DNA of 64,000 bases from Mytilus californianus (GCF_021869535.1 NW_026262701.1:22010001-22074000), one strand, 5' to 3'; numbered from the stretch's first letter, positions 25,310 to 39,900 are shown. A program made the numbers and translations. The notes: generated by a model not told the origin, from the sequence alone.

Positions 25310-26474
25310 AGAAATAAATGTGGATAGTGTCCACATGTGGACACAGATGATGCCCCCGCTTGCATATCATATAGATATAAAGGGACATAACTGAAGAACG
25401 ATAAAAGTGTCGCTACCCAAATTTGAACTTGATCTGAGTTTTGTGGTAATAAGCATTGTGTGTAAGTCTCATAACATTTGGTTGAGGCTAACTTAAGTAG
25501 AGAACAGAAACTAAAAATTCAGCAATTTTTCTATTTGTAAACACGTATAACTCTAGAACGGTTGTGTATAAGTTTTATAACATTTGGTTGAGACAAACTA
25601 AAAAATTCAGCAGTTTTTATGTTTATAAAGGGACATAACTCAAGAATGGTAAAAGTGAGGGCACCAAATTTCGTACTTAATCTGTATTATGTAGTAATAA
25701 GCATTGTGTATAAGTTTCATAACATTTGGTCGAGGCAAACTAAAGTTAGAAAACGGAAACAAAAAATTTGTACTTGATCTTAGTTTTGTGGTAATGAATA
25801 TTGTGTATAGGTTTCATAATGTTTGGTTGGGGCAAACTTAAGTTACAGAATGGAAACTAAAAATTTTGCAATCTTTCGATTTATAAAGGGGCATAACTCA
25901 ATAATGGTTAAAGTGACACTACCCAAATTCAACTTGATCTGTGTTTTATCAGTGGAAGTCAAAATTTAACATTGCATTGTATAAAGCATTGATTGTAGTT
26001 GATTCAACTATAATCATGGGCAAAGGAAGATAACTCCAAATTTTAAAAATTACTTGATATTTAGAAGAAAATAAAAATTTTGCAATTTTTACATTTATAA
26101 AGGGGCATAACTCTAGAACGGTTAAAGTGACGCCACCAAAATTCAAACTTGATCTGTGTTTTGTAGTAATAAGCATTGTGTATAAGTTTCATAACATTTG
26201 GTTGAGGCAAACTTATGTTAGAGAACGAAAACGAAAAATTTTGCAATTTTTCCATTTACAAAGGGGCATAACTCTAGAACGGTTAAAGTGACGCCACCAA
26301 AATTCAAACTTGATCTGTGTTTTGTGGTAATAAGCATTGTGTATAAGTTTCATAACATTTGGTTGAGGCAAACTCAAGTTAGAGAACGGAAACCAATTTT
26401 GGGACGTACGGACGTACGTACAGACGGATAAGGGTAAAACTTAATGCCCCACCGCTACGGCGGGGGCATAAAAA
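25310..26474 (+). mobile_element. HINE-like element with about 6 tandem units of about 160 bp
   Basis: Subterminal atgccccc / gggggcat; GACGTACG microsatellite; 3' hairpin ccgc-tacg-gcgg then A-run; repeated aaaggggcataactc units. Confidence 0.8.
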
Positions 26475-27508
26475 TGAAAATTACAACTTACATGTAGAAG
26501 TTTCTATCACCTATTGGTCGATATTGTCTTTTTCGCTCGGAACTTTTATACGTCTGCTCTGTGTTTCCTGCCACAACACGTTGTTGAAATACATTTTTCA
26601 AACCAAGAATAATTACCGTTCATAACGATGTTTCTTCAAGTCCGTGACCATACACAATCGTCTTCTTTATAGTTTTAATTTACCATCAAATCAACGATAC
26701 CGATTTCTTTTCCAAAAATGTAACTAAAGATATTGAGTGAGAATCTTACGATTCGATTCAGGAATGTGTTATGTCGTTTAGTTTAATATTAAACAATGTT
26801 AGCATGTTCATCTGCAAACGGCATCTTGCTGTATTTTTTAATAGATTTACAATATAGAGACATTGTTCATCATCTTAAGCTTTTCCATGGAAAGTCCTCC
26901 ATAGATGTCTTCTAAAAAAAGGTATTGAACAAAAAGTGTGAATTGATATAGTTTGGTGAATATTTTTTAGAAAACAGAGAATCTTATATTTTTGATATTA
27001 TCAGCGCTTTTTGTGGATAAAACCCAGCGAAGACCGTTAGATTGCTTTGATCTTTGATTGGCATTTGTCTCATTGTGCAGTTGGACCACTGGAGAGTAGA
27101 GAACAATAGAAACTCTTGTCATGAATAAATTTATTTTGTTTACCTCTGTAACCATATTGATTAATATTTAGTCTTAATTGTTGAACAAATTTTCTTTGAA
27201 CATATCTGGACTAGCTTCGTAATACAAACAACACAACAAAATATCGTATCAATTAATGCTATCATATTTCAATAGTAGAAGATGACTTTCCTTGCTATAT
27301 AACAACTGGAAAATTGTATTGAGGATAAATTATTGGACCGCATTCCCTTTGATCAATGCCTTGTCAAGAAGCATTAAATATTGGCCTTAATTGGAATGCT
27401 ACTTCTATAGTTTTAATCTAGCTTGCAGTAGATAGTTTGCTGGACATAGACTAAAACAATCACATTTAAAGAAATACATGAACGTGATGTCTTTTTAATT
27501 TTTTCAGA

Positions 27509-27785
27509 ATGTTTGACCTAACGAACATGATGACGACATTGCAGCACTATGCCACAGGATATACAACTGATTGTTTATCAAAGTTACAAGAAGTAGCAGT
27601 TACATCCAAACAAATGATTTCAGATCATACAACTGAATATGTTGACAGTTTCCTGGAGGTTACCATGACACCGAGGGAGTACATTAGATACTACTTTGGG
27701 ATCCTACCAGACACAACAAGCAAAGTATATGAGAATACAAAGGATAAGGCAAAGTGTTACTGGGATTCAGCAATTGACTACAATG
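27509..27785 (+). other. Candidate orphan coding exon (92 codons) between an acceptor and a donor
   Basis: ttttttcag|aATG at 27508; open frame MFDLTNMM...WDSAIDYN; G|gtcagc at 27785; no recognisable homology. Confidence 0.3.
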
Positions 27786-30299
27786 GTCAGCTCATACAGC
27801 AAATTTTTTTTCGAATACAAAAATGTGGTATATGAGACAACTCTCCACCAAATGACGTACAAGATAAATGACTTAATTGTTGCATTTATCTTTTTTATGT
27901 TTAACGTTTTAATACTGATGTCTTTTTTTGCATACTACCTGATTAAGATAGTCATCCCTCAACCATTATGGCCAATTTGATATTCATTTTCACATTTTCA
28001 ACTGTTAAACCAAAGTTTTATTGTTATTATTTTGATTTTATTTATCTAAAGATTGATCGCTTTGAACAGTTTTTGTTTTCTTCTAGTGTTCTTTGACTGA
28101 ATTCATTAATACTTATTCTTTTATAGCTTCTTAACCGTTGTTTGTTCTGTTCTTATTGTTCAGCTTCTTTTTTCTTTTTCTTCACTGCCTTCTGTTTTAT
28201 TACTTTGTTGTACACAGTACCTGGCTGACTTCAGTAAAATACAGTTATTCTGTATATTGCTGCTATTCTTTCTGTTCTTTATGATGCATCAGCTGACAAG
28301 AAACATGAAACAAGGTGTGGTACTATAATAATTATATCTCTTTATCTACTTGCTGCAATATAAAGCACGATTCCAAGTGTCAATTGATGCGGTACTCTTT
28401 TATGCAAAATGTGATCAATTCAATATTATACACCAAGATCTTTCTACAAATCTAGTCATTAATGGCACAAGTTATATGATACAACCCACAGAGATCATAT
28501 ATAAGGCACACTTTATGGAGATTATTACGACAATTTTTATTATGACACCTATTTCACTGTGTACGACATGTGTTTCTGGAAGCATTCGATTAAAACAATC
28601 ATATCCTATAATTATGAAACGTTAGAGACCTTCAAAACCAGAAGGCCTATCACAACAGCCAACAACATCTAAGGTATATTTACGCTTGAATAACTGTTGA
28701 TTTAAGGTGTGTTTTTTTTTATATAAAAACACTCATTAACAATTTTGAAACCATACTAAAATTAAGTATAAGTTCAGCTTATGAGATGACACTTTTTATT
28801 CGTTGCGTGTGAATTTGTGGCCATTTTGCGGATTTGATGAAATGTGAAATATTTTACATCGTGAACCCTCTAGACTTGACAAGTACAATGTATTCCGAAT
28901 AAGATTCTGAATTATAAAACTCGGCAAGTACAGTGTATTCCTAATAATATTCTGAATTATAAAACTTTTGTTTCAGATGTGATCGTTTATCGAAAACTTC
29001 AGTTTTGAGTCATTCCATGTGGCAAAAGGATGCGGTATCAGTTGAAGTTGAAGGTAGGTTTTAATTGTATGCAAGGTATCTATCATTGTATTTATCTCTT
29101 TTGATGATTAAAAAAATGAATCGTAAGAGTGATTTATTATTAATTTCGTCGGTCTTCGGTTTCATCGAACTTATTATCGTTTCTTGTGTGTTGCCATCAT
29201 TATTAAACAAAAAAGAGGTTATTTTGGCTTGTTCATTATTCTTAAGTAGATGATCCTTATTTGTAATTATTTCGACTTGTATACATTTAGAGGAAATCGG
29301 TTTTGCAATCGGTCAAACAGAGTCAAATATTGCCTCTTACCGACATGTTTAATCATAACGAAACCAAATGATATTCAATTGTAAATTACCTTCCACTATA
29401 AAGCATTCCTTTAAAGTTTGGTCTTAACTGGTTGTGCAGTTTCGTAGAAAAGTGACGAAACTGTGATTTTTCCATTATATTAAGTTTCGTGTGAACAAAT
29501 GTGCCGCCTATTTCACCCTTTTAACATTAGATGATTCATGATTCAAAGAAGACAATTTGTAGATGTCATCAAATTCTCATTTTTGTAAAAGTTTTCAAAC
29601 ATTTTCAAATGTATCAAGTTCGTTTTTCATTCGATTGGAACTAAATGACGATCATTTGTATAGGTCCTCACATAAATCTTTCGTGCAAAATTTGCAGTAA
29701 GCTATGTGGTGTAAGAGAAGCAGCATTTAAGATAACTGTTTTGTACAAATCATAAATGCAAGTTTTCTTGAAACCTGTAACTGTATTGAGTGCTAAGCAA
29801 ATAGCACTAAGACAAAAACTAGTCTAGTGCATAGTTTTATGTCTATATTGAAATATATGAAAAAAAGATATAAAGGGTAAAAGTTATTAAGATAACAAAT
29901 GCTACTCTTAAACATTTATATTTTTCTCTTTTATATTTTCTTTGTTTACCTCCATAGTTATGTAAATTAATTTTGATTGCAACAAAATAAATTAAGACCA
30001 CATTATTTATCTTGTGGTCAGAGATTAACAGCTGGACACTTGGTATCAACATATGATTGAAAGATAAGCTCCTTCCATATGCCCTTATATATAAAGTATT
30101 TACCATGTGCTTTTATTTACATAATTTAATTATTACTTTGCCCCTTGTTGTGTCATGATAATGACTCTGGGATAACAAAATGTTCAGATGAATACATACT
30201 TAGAAATAATGTGATAAAAAATAATCCCTAAAAAATCATTATAAGACTACCTTAACAGATGCTCTTCTTATAATCTCACAAAATCCAGAAGGAATTAAT

Positions 30300-30506
30300 T
30301 GAATATCGTATCAACTGGGAGATATATACTCCGTATTCAGGCGCTGCTGGAATGTTGCTACATAGAAATTGAAAGTTCACAATCGGGAAGCTGAAATCAT
30401 CTCTTTTGTCGTAAAGTTTTGTTTTCAACCGACCCTCATTGTCAATTTCTAGATGTAAGTCAAGATATGAGGCAGACTTAACTGTATCTGTTGTATCTTT
30501 TATCTC
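30300..30506 (-). mobile_element. Penelope-like RT fragment
   Basis: EIKDTTDTVKSASYLDLHLEIDNEGRLKTKLYDKRDDF...GVYISQLIRYS, near-identical to the 17 kb copy. Confidence 0.9.
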
Positions 30507-31539
30507 AAAATAGCCTAAACAAATTATCAAATTATTGGGCAACTGATATCTCACAGTTTATATACACAAAAAGGAAAGAACTGACAGCAGAACAGATTAA
30601 TTGTAAGAAAAAAAACCAATACATTTAAAACTGGAAAATGTTGATGATCACTCTTTGTTAGAAAATGTTATAAGATGTAATTGAGTATATTAGACCTGTC
30701 ACAAAAATTAAGAAAGATGCTTTTCTCATTTGAATAATAAAAATCCTATATCTGTGATCTATCAGCTGGTTTACATATATCACAGAATAGAAGTTTTTAT
30801 ATTGACACCTTCAAGACCTAATACAGAACAAAGGAAAGTGCTTAGCCAAAAAAAAATCACATATTAGATAAATTTACATTAATTGCCAAAAACCCTTGTA
30901 AAAATGTACATGTTCTAGGTGTGAGAAAATCATCATGAAACATATAGATAACTCAATAAAAATTCAGAATCCCTAATTACACATTTAGATACAGGCGCAA
31001 GTAATAAGAATGCACCAATGTTTATTAAATCATTTTAAATGAGTAATGGACAATGATGGAGACAAAAATAAATTACCCGATCGAAAGCAACATAATTTAT
31101 TCGTATAAAGTCATATATAAAGATTACACGTAAATAAAAAAATGATCTAAGTCGCAATAATTGTGATTTTAATATTTGAATTAAGAATTAGTAAGCACAA
31201 TCTTTTAACAGAAAAGGGCAACATTATAAGACCCAATGAGATCAGAGACTTTGCAAGTTTGGTAATTTATCACAAGACGAAAAATATTCAATCGATATAT
31301 CTATTTATAGGATAAGAAAACAAAACATAAGGACTTCTTAAAATAGACGAAAAGTAATATCAACAATTTTCCGTTATAGATAATGGATATTTTAAGGTTT
31401 CTCTTTTCGTACAACACACCGAGGGGTGTCAGGATTGTTCAAATGAAAGACAGACCTGTTAATTTTGAAGGACACTTTCCTTTAATCATCTTGCTTTTAT
31501 GAGAATATTAATATGCATTTTAAACTCGCTGCAATTGTT

Positions 31540-31820
31540 TGAACCTGTCCTAAGTCAGGAATCTGATGTTCAGTAGTTGTCGTTTGTTGATGTGGTTCAT
31601 AAGTGTTTATCGTTTCTCGTTTTTTTATATAGATTAGACCGTTGGTTTTCCCGTTTGAATGGTTTTACACTAGTAATTTTGGGACCCTTTATAGCTTGCT
31701 GTTCGGTGTGAGCCAAGGCTCCGTGTTGAAGACCGTACTTTGACCTATATTGTTTTACTTTTATAAATTTTGACTTGTATGGAGAGTTGTCTCATTGGCA
31801 CTCATACCACATCTTCTTAT
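31540..31820 (-). mobile_element. Abundant SINE-like interspersed repeat (gtggtatgagtgccaatgagacaactctcc family)
   Basis: Near-identical to 55412-55621; related pieces at 27822-27870, 43210-43270, 52520-52900. Confidence 0.8.
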
Positions 31821-32445
31821 ATGTATTATCTGACAGTTCACTGCTGTACCCCTATTTTTGACATTTTAACCTATTATGTTTGTTTGTTATGTGTACACAT
31901 TGTTGTCAATATAATGATTTTATACGACTGTCATACAAGTGAGAGGTTTAGCTAGCTATAATAAACCAGGTTGAATCCACCATTTTCTACATGCGGAAAT
32001 GCCGGGATATGTCAGTTGTTTTCCATTCGTTTGATGTGTTTGAGCTTTTTATTTTGCCATTTGAATTTTCCTTAGAGATCGGTATTTTTGATATTTTACT
32101 TCTATAGAATATTTAAACCATATGGATAAATAATTCCCTATGTGTACCTTTGATATATATAAATAGATTCGACCTGCAAAATCAAACGATCGAGTTTAAT
32201 CTGGCACTGGGGATCGGATCTATTTACGTGTTTTGAAGTTAGATTTGTGCACTCCAATAGTAATGTAAGCTTAACCTTTTTACACCCGTGAATTTGATTT
32301 TATCTTTTCAAAAGTTTGTCTTCTGTCGTGTTTGAACACTTGGTCAAATTAAATGCCATCAGCCATTAATATTTTACTATTTGAATTCTAGTTATATTTA
32401 GCATGAAGAATTCCAGTTTTATCCATTTGTCATGTTATATCTGTA

Positions 32446-32446
<1 letters not shown>

Positions 32447-32483
<37 letters not shown>
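32447..32483. repeat. (CT)n(AT)n compound microsatellite
   Basis: Direct reading. Confidence 0.9.
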
Positions 32484-32939
32484 GTTAATGATTCATACAC
32501 ACTCTACTGATATTTTATGGCAGCCTATATACCATTTAAAACATTTGATTTGGTTATAGATTAGTAATTTGATATAACTTTCACTTTCGATACTGTACTT
32601 CAATTTCCTTATATTTTCTTTCCTGTTTTGACTACTTCCCAGAAATTGTTTAAGATTTCACTTCTGGTATACTTGTCACTTGGTTTGTGTCCTCTTAATT
32701 TTGAAGGACACTTTCTTTTAATCATCTTGCTGTTATTAGAATAGTTAGGGTGGTTAAAAATCAGAAATAAATGTGCAAAGATTGCAGACTGATTCGCAGA
32801 AATTATATATAATTTCATTTTTGATATAATTTGTCACTTTTCAATTGTCACTTTGTTTGTTGTCTGGTGTTACCATACGGGTCTGAAAATACTAAAGGCC
32901 CTTTCCTCAGATTTTTAAATTGTATTGAAAATTTAGTGC

Positions 32940-33142
32940 ATAAGTCCACAAAAAGACGTGTCACTCTACTCGGACACATCATTTTGACTTCGAACCGACT
33001 AGTCTTTGCTTTTACTTTTAAATGCCGCGTGCTTATCGGAGAAGCAGCAACTACCAATTTTCAAGGTTTTTTGGGGGGAAGTTGATCTAGCATAACCTCT
33101 CGCATTCGAGGCAGTCATGCTACCATGAAACCACCGGTGGTA
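32940..33142 (-). mobile_element. Degenerate tRNA-derived SINE
   Basis: Minus strand begins with a decayed tRNA-like head (ggtggtttcatggtagcatgactgcctcgaatgcgag), followed by body sequence ttggtagttgctgcttctccg. Confidence 0.55.
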
Positions 33143-33982
33143 CTCAGGAAATTGCATCATAGGTGATACAAGATCTCAATACGTATATATTTACTACTTA
33201 TATTGTTTTAAAATATAGTTCTATGTACAAATCTCCCACTAAAGTTTATGACAAAATAAGAACGGATCCAATTATGACTGTTAATTAGGTAAAATAAATT
33301 AAAATGTTACTGAGAGACATGTAGTAGAAAAAGAATGAACGACAAAATGAGGAAAGCAGGGAATTAGCCTTTTTGAAAGGCAATGCATAACAAATGAAAT
33401 CTTCCAATATAAGTCTTTAAATAATGACGACAAAGTGGGCATAAATTGATAATGGATTTTTGTTTTATCGGCTCTTCAATTTTTCTTTTGAGTTTTGGAT
33501 TTTCAAATATTCAACCCAAAAACTGCCGTGATATGATTACTAGGAAGAACGACTTCAGTGTTCACTGCACAAGTTTTCATGCCGCCTTAACAAACAGGTC
33601 AATCGTTAGAATGTATCAACTTCTAAACTTACAAGTGACATTTTAGTTCTATCCTTGAATCAACTTATCTACTTCGTATGATCCATCCGAGATAATTTAC
33701 GGTTATGTCATATTCTTGGATAGTTACCCGTACAACTGAATATGAATCTGATATCATGACGTATGATGCATGCATAGCAGAAAATGATTATCCTCAGTGA
33801 CTACGCGACTGTTCTCGATTAGTTTGGAGTTCATGCAACTCAGATTATTTTTACACGAATGTTTGTCTATTTTTACTGGGATAAATGTTAATTGAACATC
33901 GGTATACTACCTTTGTTTTAAAATGTTTTTGTATAAAGTTTTATTTTTCAGCGTCTTTAGATTTTCTTGCAAGACAGACAAA

Positions 33983-36900
33983 ATGTCAGATGGAGATACT
34001 GAAACAGACGATAAGTATGACCGGTCGTTTGAAGTCTCCACCTTTGTCAACAAAGACATTTGGGATGATGGGGATAAATATATTGGACACTCGATTGATC
34101 ATAAAGATAAAGAGCTAAATGAGAAAACACAAGATGACAAGTATGAGCCCCCGTATGGAAATGAAACGAAAGACTTCAACGACACGAGCTTTTCGGATGA
34201 AGATATACAAAATGGGTCATCTTCGCTGTCTGATGAAGAATCTTCCGATGAAAATGAAACCCTGAAACCTTTTGAAAATGAGACAGAGGGAACTTCAAAA
34301 GCAAATAACATACAAAGACAACAATTAAATAGAGCACCAAAGGGGGTTAGATGCTACAAAATGAAATATATGAAAGGGAAATCTGATAGAAAATTAGCAA
34401 AACTTGAAGGAAAATATAAATTTCTCCAAAAGGAAGTAGACAGCATTACCAAATTCAAGCTACAAATGATACAATACTATAGAAATCAGCAGCAACAATT
34501 TAAGGGCAATACAGATCTGGACGAAAATTTGAAGAACCATAATCTTTTCCATAAATCCCTCATTAAAAGAAACAGAAATAAAAATGAAGTGGCTGAAGAA
34601 ATGACAATGAAGGGAAGATTTAATGAAGTTACAGAATTAATACTACCAGAGAAGATTCCAATTAAAAGGAGTAAGTTAATGCAATATACCATCAGCGAGA
34701 GCGAATATGGATTTATTCATATACTGCGTGTAAAGAAATATCAAGATATTGAACAGTCCATTATTATGTTTTTCAATATAAAAACATGTCCACAAAATGA
34801 CAGATTCCTTTACTCGGTAGTCAGCAATCACCAACAACATGAACATCTTCCCTACAACCACCAACAGGCAGATTTACACCACACCAGTTGCAATCAGGAA
34901 ATCATTGCCGTTGCTGCTCAAGTTGCGGCTGTTATATCAACTGACCATGCCAGCGTTGATCTCAACCAACTAGTTCGATCTTATTGGTATAGCATCAATG
35001 TGAGTGAACGTACAAGAGATCGAATGATATATGAATCGGTAGTTTTCATAGACAAGCACCAGTCTTACGGTGTTATATTAATATTTCGATTAAGGAAGTA
35101 TTCGTCTGGTAACACCAAATATGACTTGACGTGGAATGTAATCCAAAAAACCCAGAACGCTTTGAGCACGAATTCGGCAAGCTTAAGTCTTTTTGAAGAC
35201 ATCGGAGCTTTAATCAGCACTTGTAGCGGCATTTGGAGGATACGGAACGGTACCTATGCGTTTGTGGAATCGGGTTCTGTTTTGTTTGTTCTTGAAGTTA
35301 TGCCACAACACCTACAGCTTCAAGAACAGACGAAGCAAGCTGATGGTTTGATGTGTCACGTTATCCAAACAACCCTGAACGATTCGAGCACGACTTTAGT
35401 AAGCTCAAGTCTATTTGAAGACATTGGTGTTTTGATCAGCAATTTTAGCGACATTTGGAGGATACGGAACGGTACAAATGCGTTTGTGGAGTCGGGTTCT
35501 GTTTTGTATGTTCTTGAAGTTATGCCACAATACCTACAGTTTCAAGAACCGACGAAGCAAGCTCATGGTTTGACGTGGAACGTAATTCAAACAACCCAGA
35601 ACACTTCTAGCACAAATTCAGTAAGATTGAGTCTTCCTGATGACATCGGAGCTTCGATCAGTACTTGTAGAGGCATTATGAGGAATGCGTCTGTGGAATC
35701 GGGTATTGTTTTGCCTGGTTTTGAAGATATGATACAATACCCACAGCTCCAAGAAACGACGAATCAATATAATGACTCAGCAAACAGTAAATATACAGGA
35801 CAGATTGCTATACAATCAACTTTACAACTTAATGTCTTAAAGTCACACAAAAGAAAAAGGGTAATACACTCAGTTGTCCAATCAGAACAGAATAAAACCA
35901 AGCCAGTACCATTGCAAAACAGCAAAAGAAACAAAGCAAGCAAATTAAAAGCTTCAAGAAAAGCGAGACACAGCCTCGCTTATTGCTTAAGGACTCGAAC
36001 AGCAGAAACGTTTTCATCAATCTCTAATGATAAAACAAACACTTTGAAAACTCTACGATCACAGAGGTACAAAACAAGTAAGAAGCAAAATAGCAGAAGC
36101 CCGAACGTTAAAATGAGAATACCAAGTATAGGTCCATCGAAGACCCAACTAAACTTATCAAGAGCATATCTATTACATATGCAAGAAACTCACTCCAGAA
36201 ATCAAAGAACAGATACGAACAAAACCCGCTGCCATTTTTTGAGAAAAGGGTCACCTTATATGAGTCGAAATAAAGATCAGTCACCAAAGCATCATGAAGA
36301 CGGATATAATAAAGGAAACGTATGCCATGTAAATGGGGGTATACATACCAGTATTAGTAATGAAAACCAAATGTTTGGATATGCAACTGGGAACGTTTAT
36401 CATCAACGCATATGTGAAGAAGATATTTGTCTTTATGAGGATGAAGCTATTGGTCAGACCATACATGATTCAATAAGCGGTAAAGGAATTATTCCAACCG
36501 GAATCGAAGTAAGAACCGAAATTCACATAATTCACAACAGACTTGTGCATGATCAACTCAATCATCTCCGACATCAAATCAACTCAAATAGGATGCATAA
36601 TGTACAGCCGACAATGGAACAAGATAACAGATCAGAAATATGTACAACGTTAACATCATACGACAAAAGTAAGCACTTATTGAGTTTATTTACATGTTAT
36701 GCCTAAAAAAAAACTACCGAAAACAACAAGCATCAATATTTTTACAAGGCTTTAAATTTATTACAGTAAGTTAAATGAATATACAGTATATATATGAAAT
36801 TATACCGATGATTTATTTGATCAGAACAAAACAGAATTGATGCACACATGCTAACGGGTTTCCTTTTAGAAACATTTACCACATGTTCAAGATCCCGAAT

Positions 36901-39900
36901 GATCTTAATTTTAAATGTTAATACAAATTATAAATTATGTTGTCGTGATTGTTAGTGTTTATGTTATCTAAGTTCAAAGCAAAAAAATATGGAATAAGAT
37001 TTTTATAATTCCATTTTAAAACATTATTCTCGTAATTATCAAAACTTTATTTTTCTACTGCACGAATTACATTTCAGATAGAATTCGAAATTGTCGACCA
37101 TTTCAAGCTAATTTCGAGATACCTTTAGCAGGTGGAACCAGTGCACTAATTGTCCTGAAAAATACATGCTGTGTTGATGGATTTCTTCTGATGATTTATG
37201 TTTTATTGGAGGAAAATCTAGCATTAAGAACACAGTTTGAACATTCCGAACATGATTTGCACAAGGTTTGTTGCCTTTATATTTTTAGAAACACATTTTT
37301 TCCTCTTTTTATTCAAGTAATCTAAATTTATAGTAGTTAATTTTTCATGTTCACAAAACCTTAAATAAAAATGAAAAAGATATATTAAAGTAATGATTTA
37401 GCATAAAAAATGTTTTAGATATACCATCAAATATGGAAGGAGTTCAAAGTTGGGAATTTTGGAGATGGCAAGGTTGCGTGGGGTAAATATGGAGGTTACA
37501 TCGCAGATATCGATGCAAATGGTGCGAAAACTGAGAAAATAATAGATATAATTGGAACAGAAAATGAGAGAATATTTTGTGTGCTCGGCAAACATAGATT
37601 TCCTCTTCGTATACATTGCTCACTTGTTAATGGTGATGTTTATTTCACTACGCAACTCTACAACGTTTTACCCGTGTATGAAGTTCCAGGGTGAGTTTAT
37701 AGATTTAATTGACATCTATTGATATGAAAGTAGCATTGTAGACAAGACAGAAAAAACATTTTTTTTTATTAAAGTCTAACCATTTGTTACGGATAAAAAA
37801 AATACAAAAAGCACACACGATACAACAGAGCCACTATATACAGATTTACAACATACACATATATATCAAATATTATGAGTTGAACAAAAAACTGAGAAAT
37901 CATTTATTTCGCTATCGATTATACCTGTGAAAACAGATACAAAATACTTTTACCAAATTGCAGATTTTAACATACCAACAGACGTCTCATTGATACAACT
38001 AGACCAAGACTCAAGCAAGTTATATCTTTGTAAAACTCTATGCTAATAATAGACATTTTCGGAAACTATAGTTCACAATAACTTTTAAGTTGACGATGAT
38101 AATTACAGGTACACTTACCTGTGGGTCATCTCAAAATACACTATGTCATGCTTAACAAGCGAATATAATAAGATAACAGATTTTTATTCCGAATGAAATC
38201 AGCTACTTCTTAGTCGTATTTAATTATAGAATAACTAATTGAAGAATTCAAAAATAGAAAAATATTCAACTAGTGACAAAGCAACTTTACGAATGCGCGT
38301 GTGTTAATTATCATTGTTGTTCTGTCACAAGTTGAATATTTTTCGATATTTGAATTCTTTGATTTCTTATTCTTTTTATTGCATTGAAAACGAATTTTTT
38401 TAATTCGAATTAAAGTAGAAAGTTTAAGGATCAATATCTTTTTCTACGCATTCACAATTTGTTTTGATGTGGCGTCATCAACAACTAATTACAATACATA
38501 TTGTTGTATGACGTAAGAGGAGTGAAATAAGAAGTATTTTCGGGTTTTATTTAACTTGGAAAACCCGGAAATTTATTGCACTATATAAGTCATTATCTGT
38601 TTTAATCGTTTGAATCTGAAGAAAGCTGACTCTCAAGCCTTTAATATTTTAGAAATTTTCTTAGCCATGAATTTCTCATATATCAACAGTTTCCTTTTAC
38701 ATGTAACAAGCTGCATCAATGATATGCTTTTTTGGATCAGTTTTTTTTTGTCGTTTGAGCACTAGGTTCGGGCTGTTGCTCGTCAGATAGATGGTTATTC
38801 GCCTTTTTGTAACAATGCAGGACGTCTTTATTCGTCATATTTTTTTCCATCCACGGATAACAGTTCCAACAAGGGATTTTCTCCCTGAACCATCACTTCA
38901 ACTTTAGATATAGAATTGTAGACGATGCTGTAGCTACTTGTGAGGGGAACGATGTTCTCAAATGTTTTCCCGTCACAGGTACATCAAACAACCGGAGAAA
39001 CAGCCAAAACCTTTTTAGACATATTGAAACAAATTGGAAATGATACGTTCATGCGTATCACTGATAGGCCACACAAACTTATCCTAGAAATAATGTTGTT
39101 CATGCTTTAGTTCAGATCATATCCGTGATTTCATATGATTAACGTAAATTTTTACGTAAGTGGAATGAAATTTATAAGCAAATAACCGTGTTTTTATCAA
39201 CATTTTCATAATCTGGTACAGTGACCATCTCTTAATGAATTAAGAGCACAAGTGAAAAAAACTGCTAATGGCAGTGGATGCTCTTTACTAAAATTCAACG
39301 GAAATTTGCAGGTCACTAGTTTGTCCCAAGAAGCTTTAATTTTCGGGACATTGCAATGCTATGGTCAAGTGGTAGAAATACTGAGCTTGACTCTCTTAAA
39401 AAGATTGTTTATGGTAAAATATGTCCTAATAAATATCCTTTTGTGGCACCCTATAAACAACAACTATTACTGTGAAAACCTGACAATTTAAAGAGAGGTG
39501 TCGACAAATTAATAATTCTATCAAAGAATACAGAGTTACTGCTGAGAAAAAAATTGAAGAGTTATGCTATTTGTATTAGGTATTTTTGTCATATAGCTCT
39601 TCAACTGTTTCGGTACTTATACATCCCTCGGATTTCAAATGTTTGGCTTTGAGCGTTCCAGATGAAGGTAAATCCAGAAACGCGCTTCGGTCGCATAAAA
39701 TTATTAAACGTGTTGTTTTCAATTTTTTATAGAGTTGTGCTTCTTTTGTATGCAGGCGTCGAGACTTGTTTAGTTGATTTCATATGAAATAAATCGTATG
39801 AATGCGGTATTAGCTTTTCAATTCATCAACATTTGTCTACTTTGAGATGGCCCCTATATAATAATCTGTAAATGTCATCATCAATGTAAATATAAAAGTT

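Noticed and set aside
26500-27160. Minus-strand protein-like stretches
   Set aside because: Multiple stops and frameshifts, and no recognisable family.
32940-33142. tRNA gene
   Set aside because: No complete cloverleaf; it continues into a SINE body.
33923-33982. ORF-track start (MFLYKVLFF...) for the 927-aa ORF
   Set aside because: It lies in the pyrimidine tract before the acceptor tttttcag at 33951. The ATG at 33983 (aaaATG) or an upstream exon is more likely.
34099-36466. Short minus-strand ORFs within the giant exon, and 57959-58162 within HSPA12
   Set aside because: They are antisense shadows of real coding sequence.
36669-36706. C-terminal SKHLLSLFTCYA* of the 927-aa ORF
   Set aside because: It is read-through past a strong gtaagc donor; splicing to 37078 continues the frame into a conserved domain.
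38908-38978. Candidate extra exon (YRIVDDAVATCEGNDVLKCFPVT) for the protease gene
   Set aside because: It ends in phase 1, incompatible with the next exons. 40342-40422 fits both phase and motif.
39236-39491. Two overlapping protein-like frames in intron 3 of the protease gene
   Set aside because: No splice sites or motif fit, and no family recognised.
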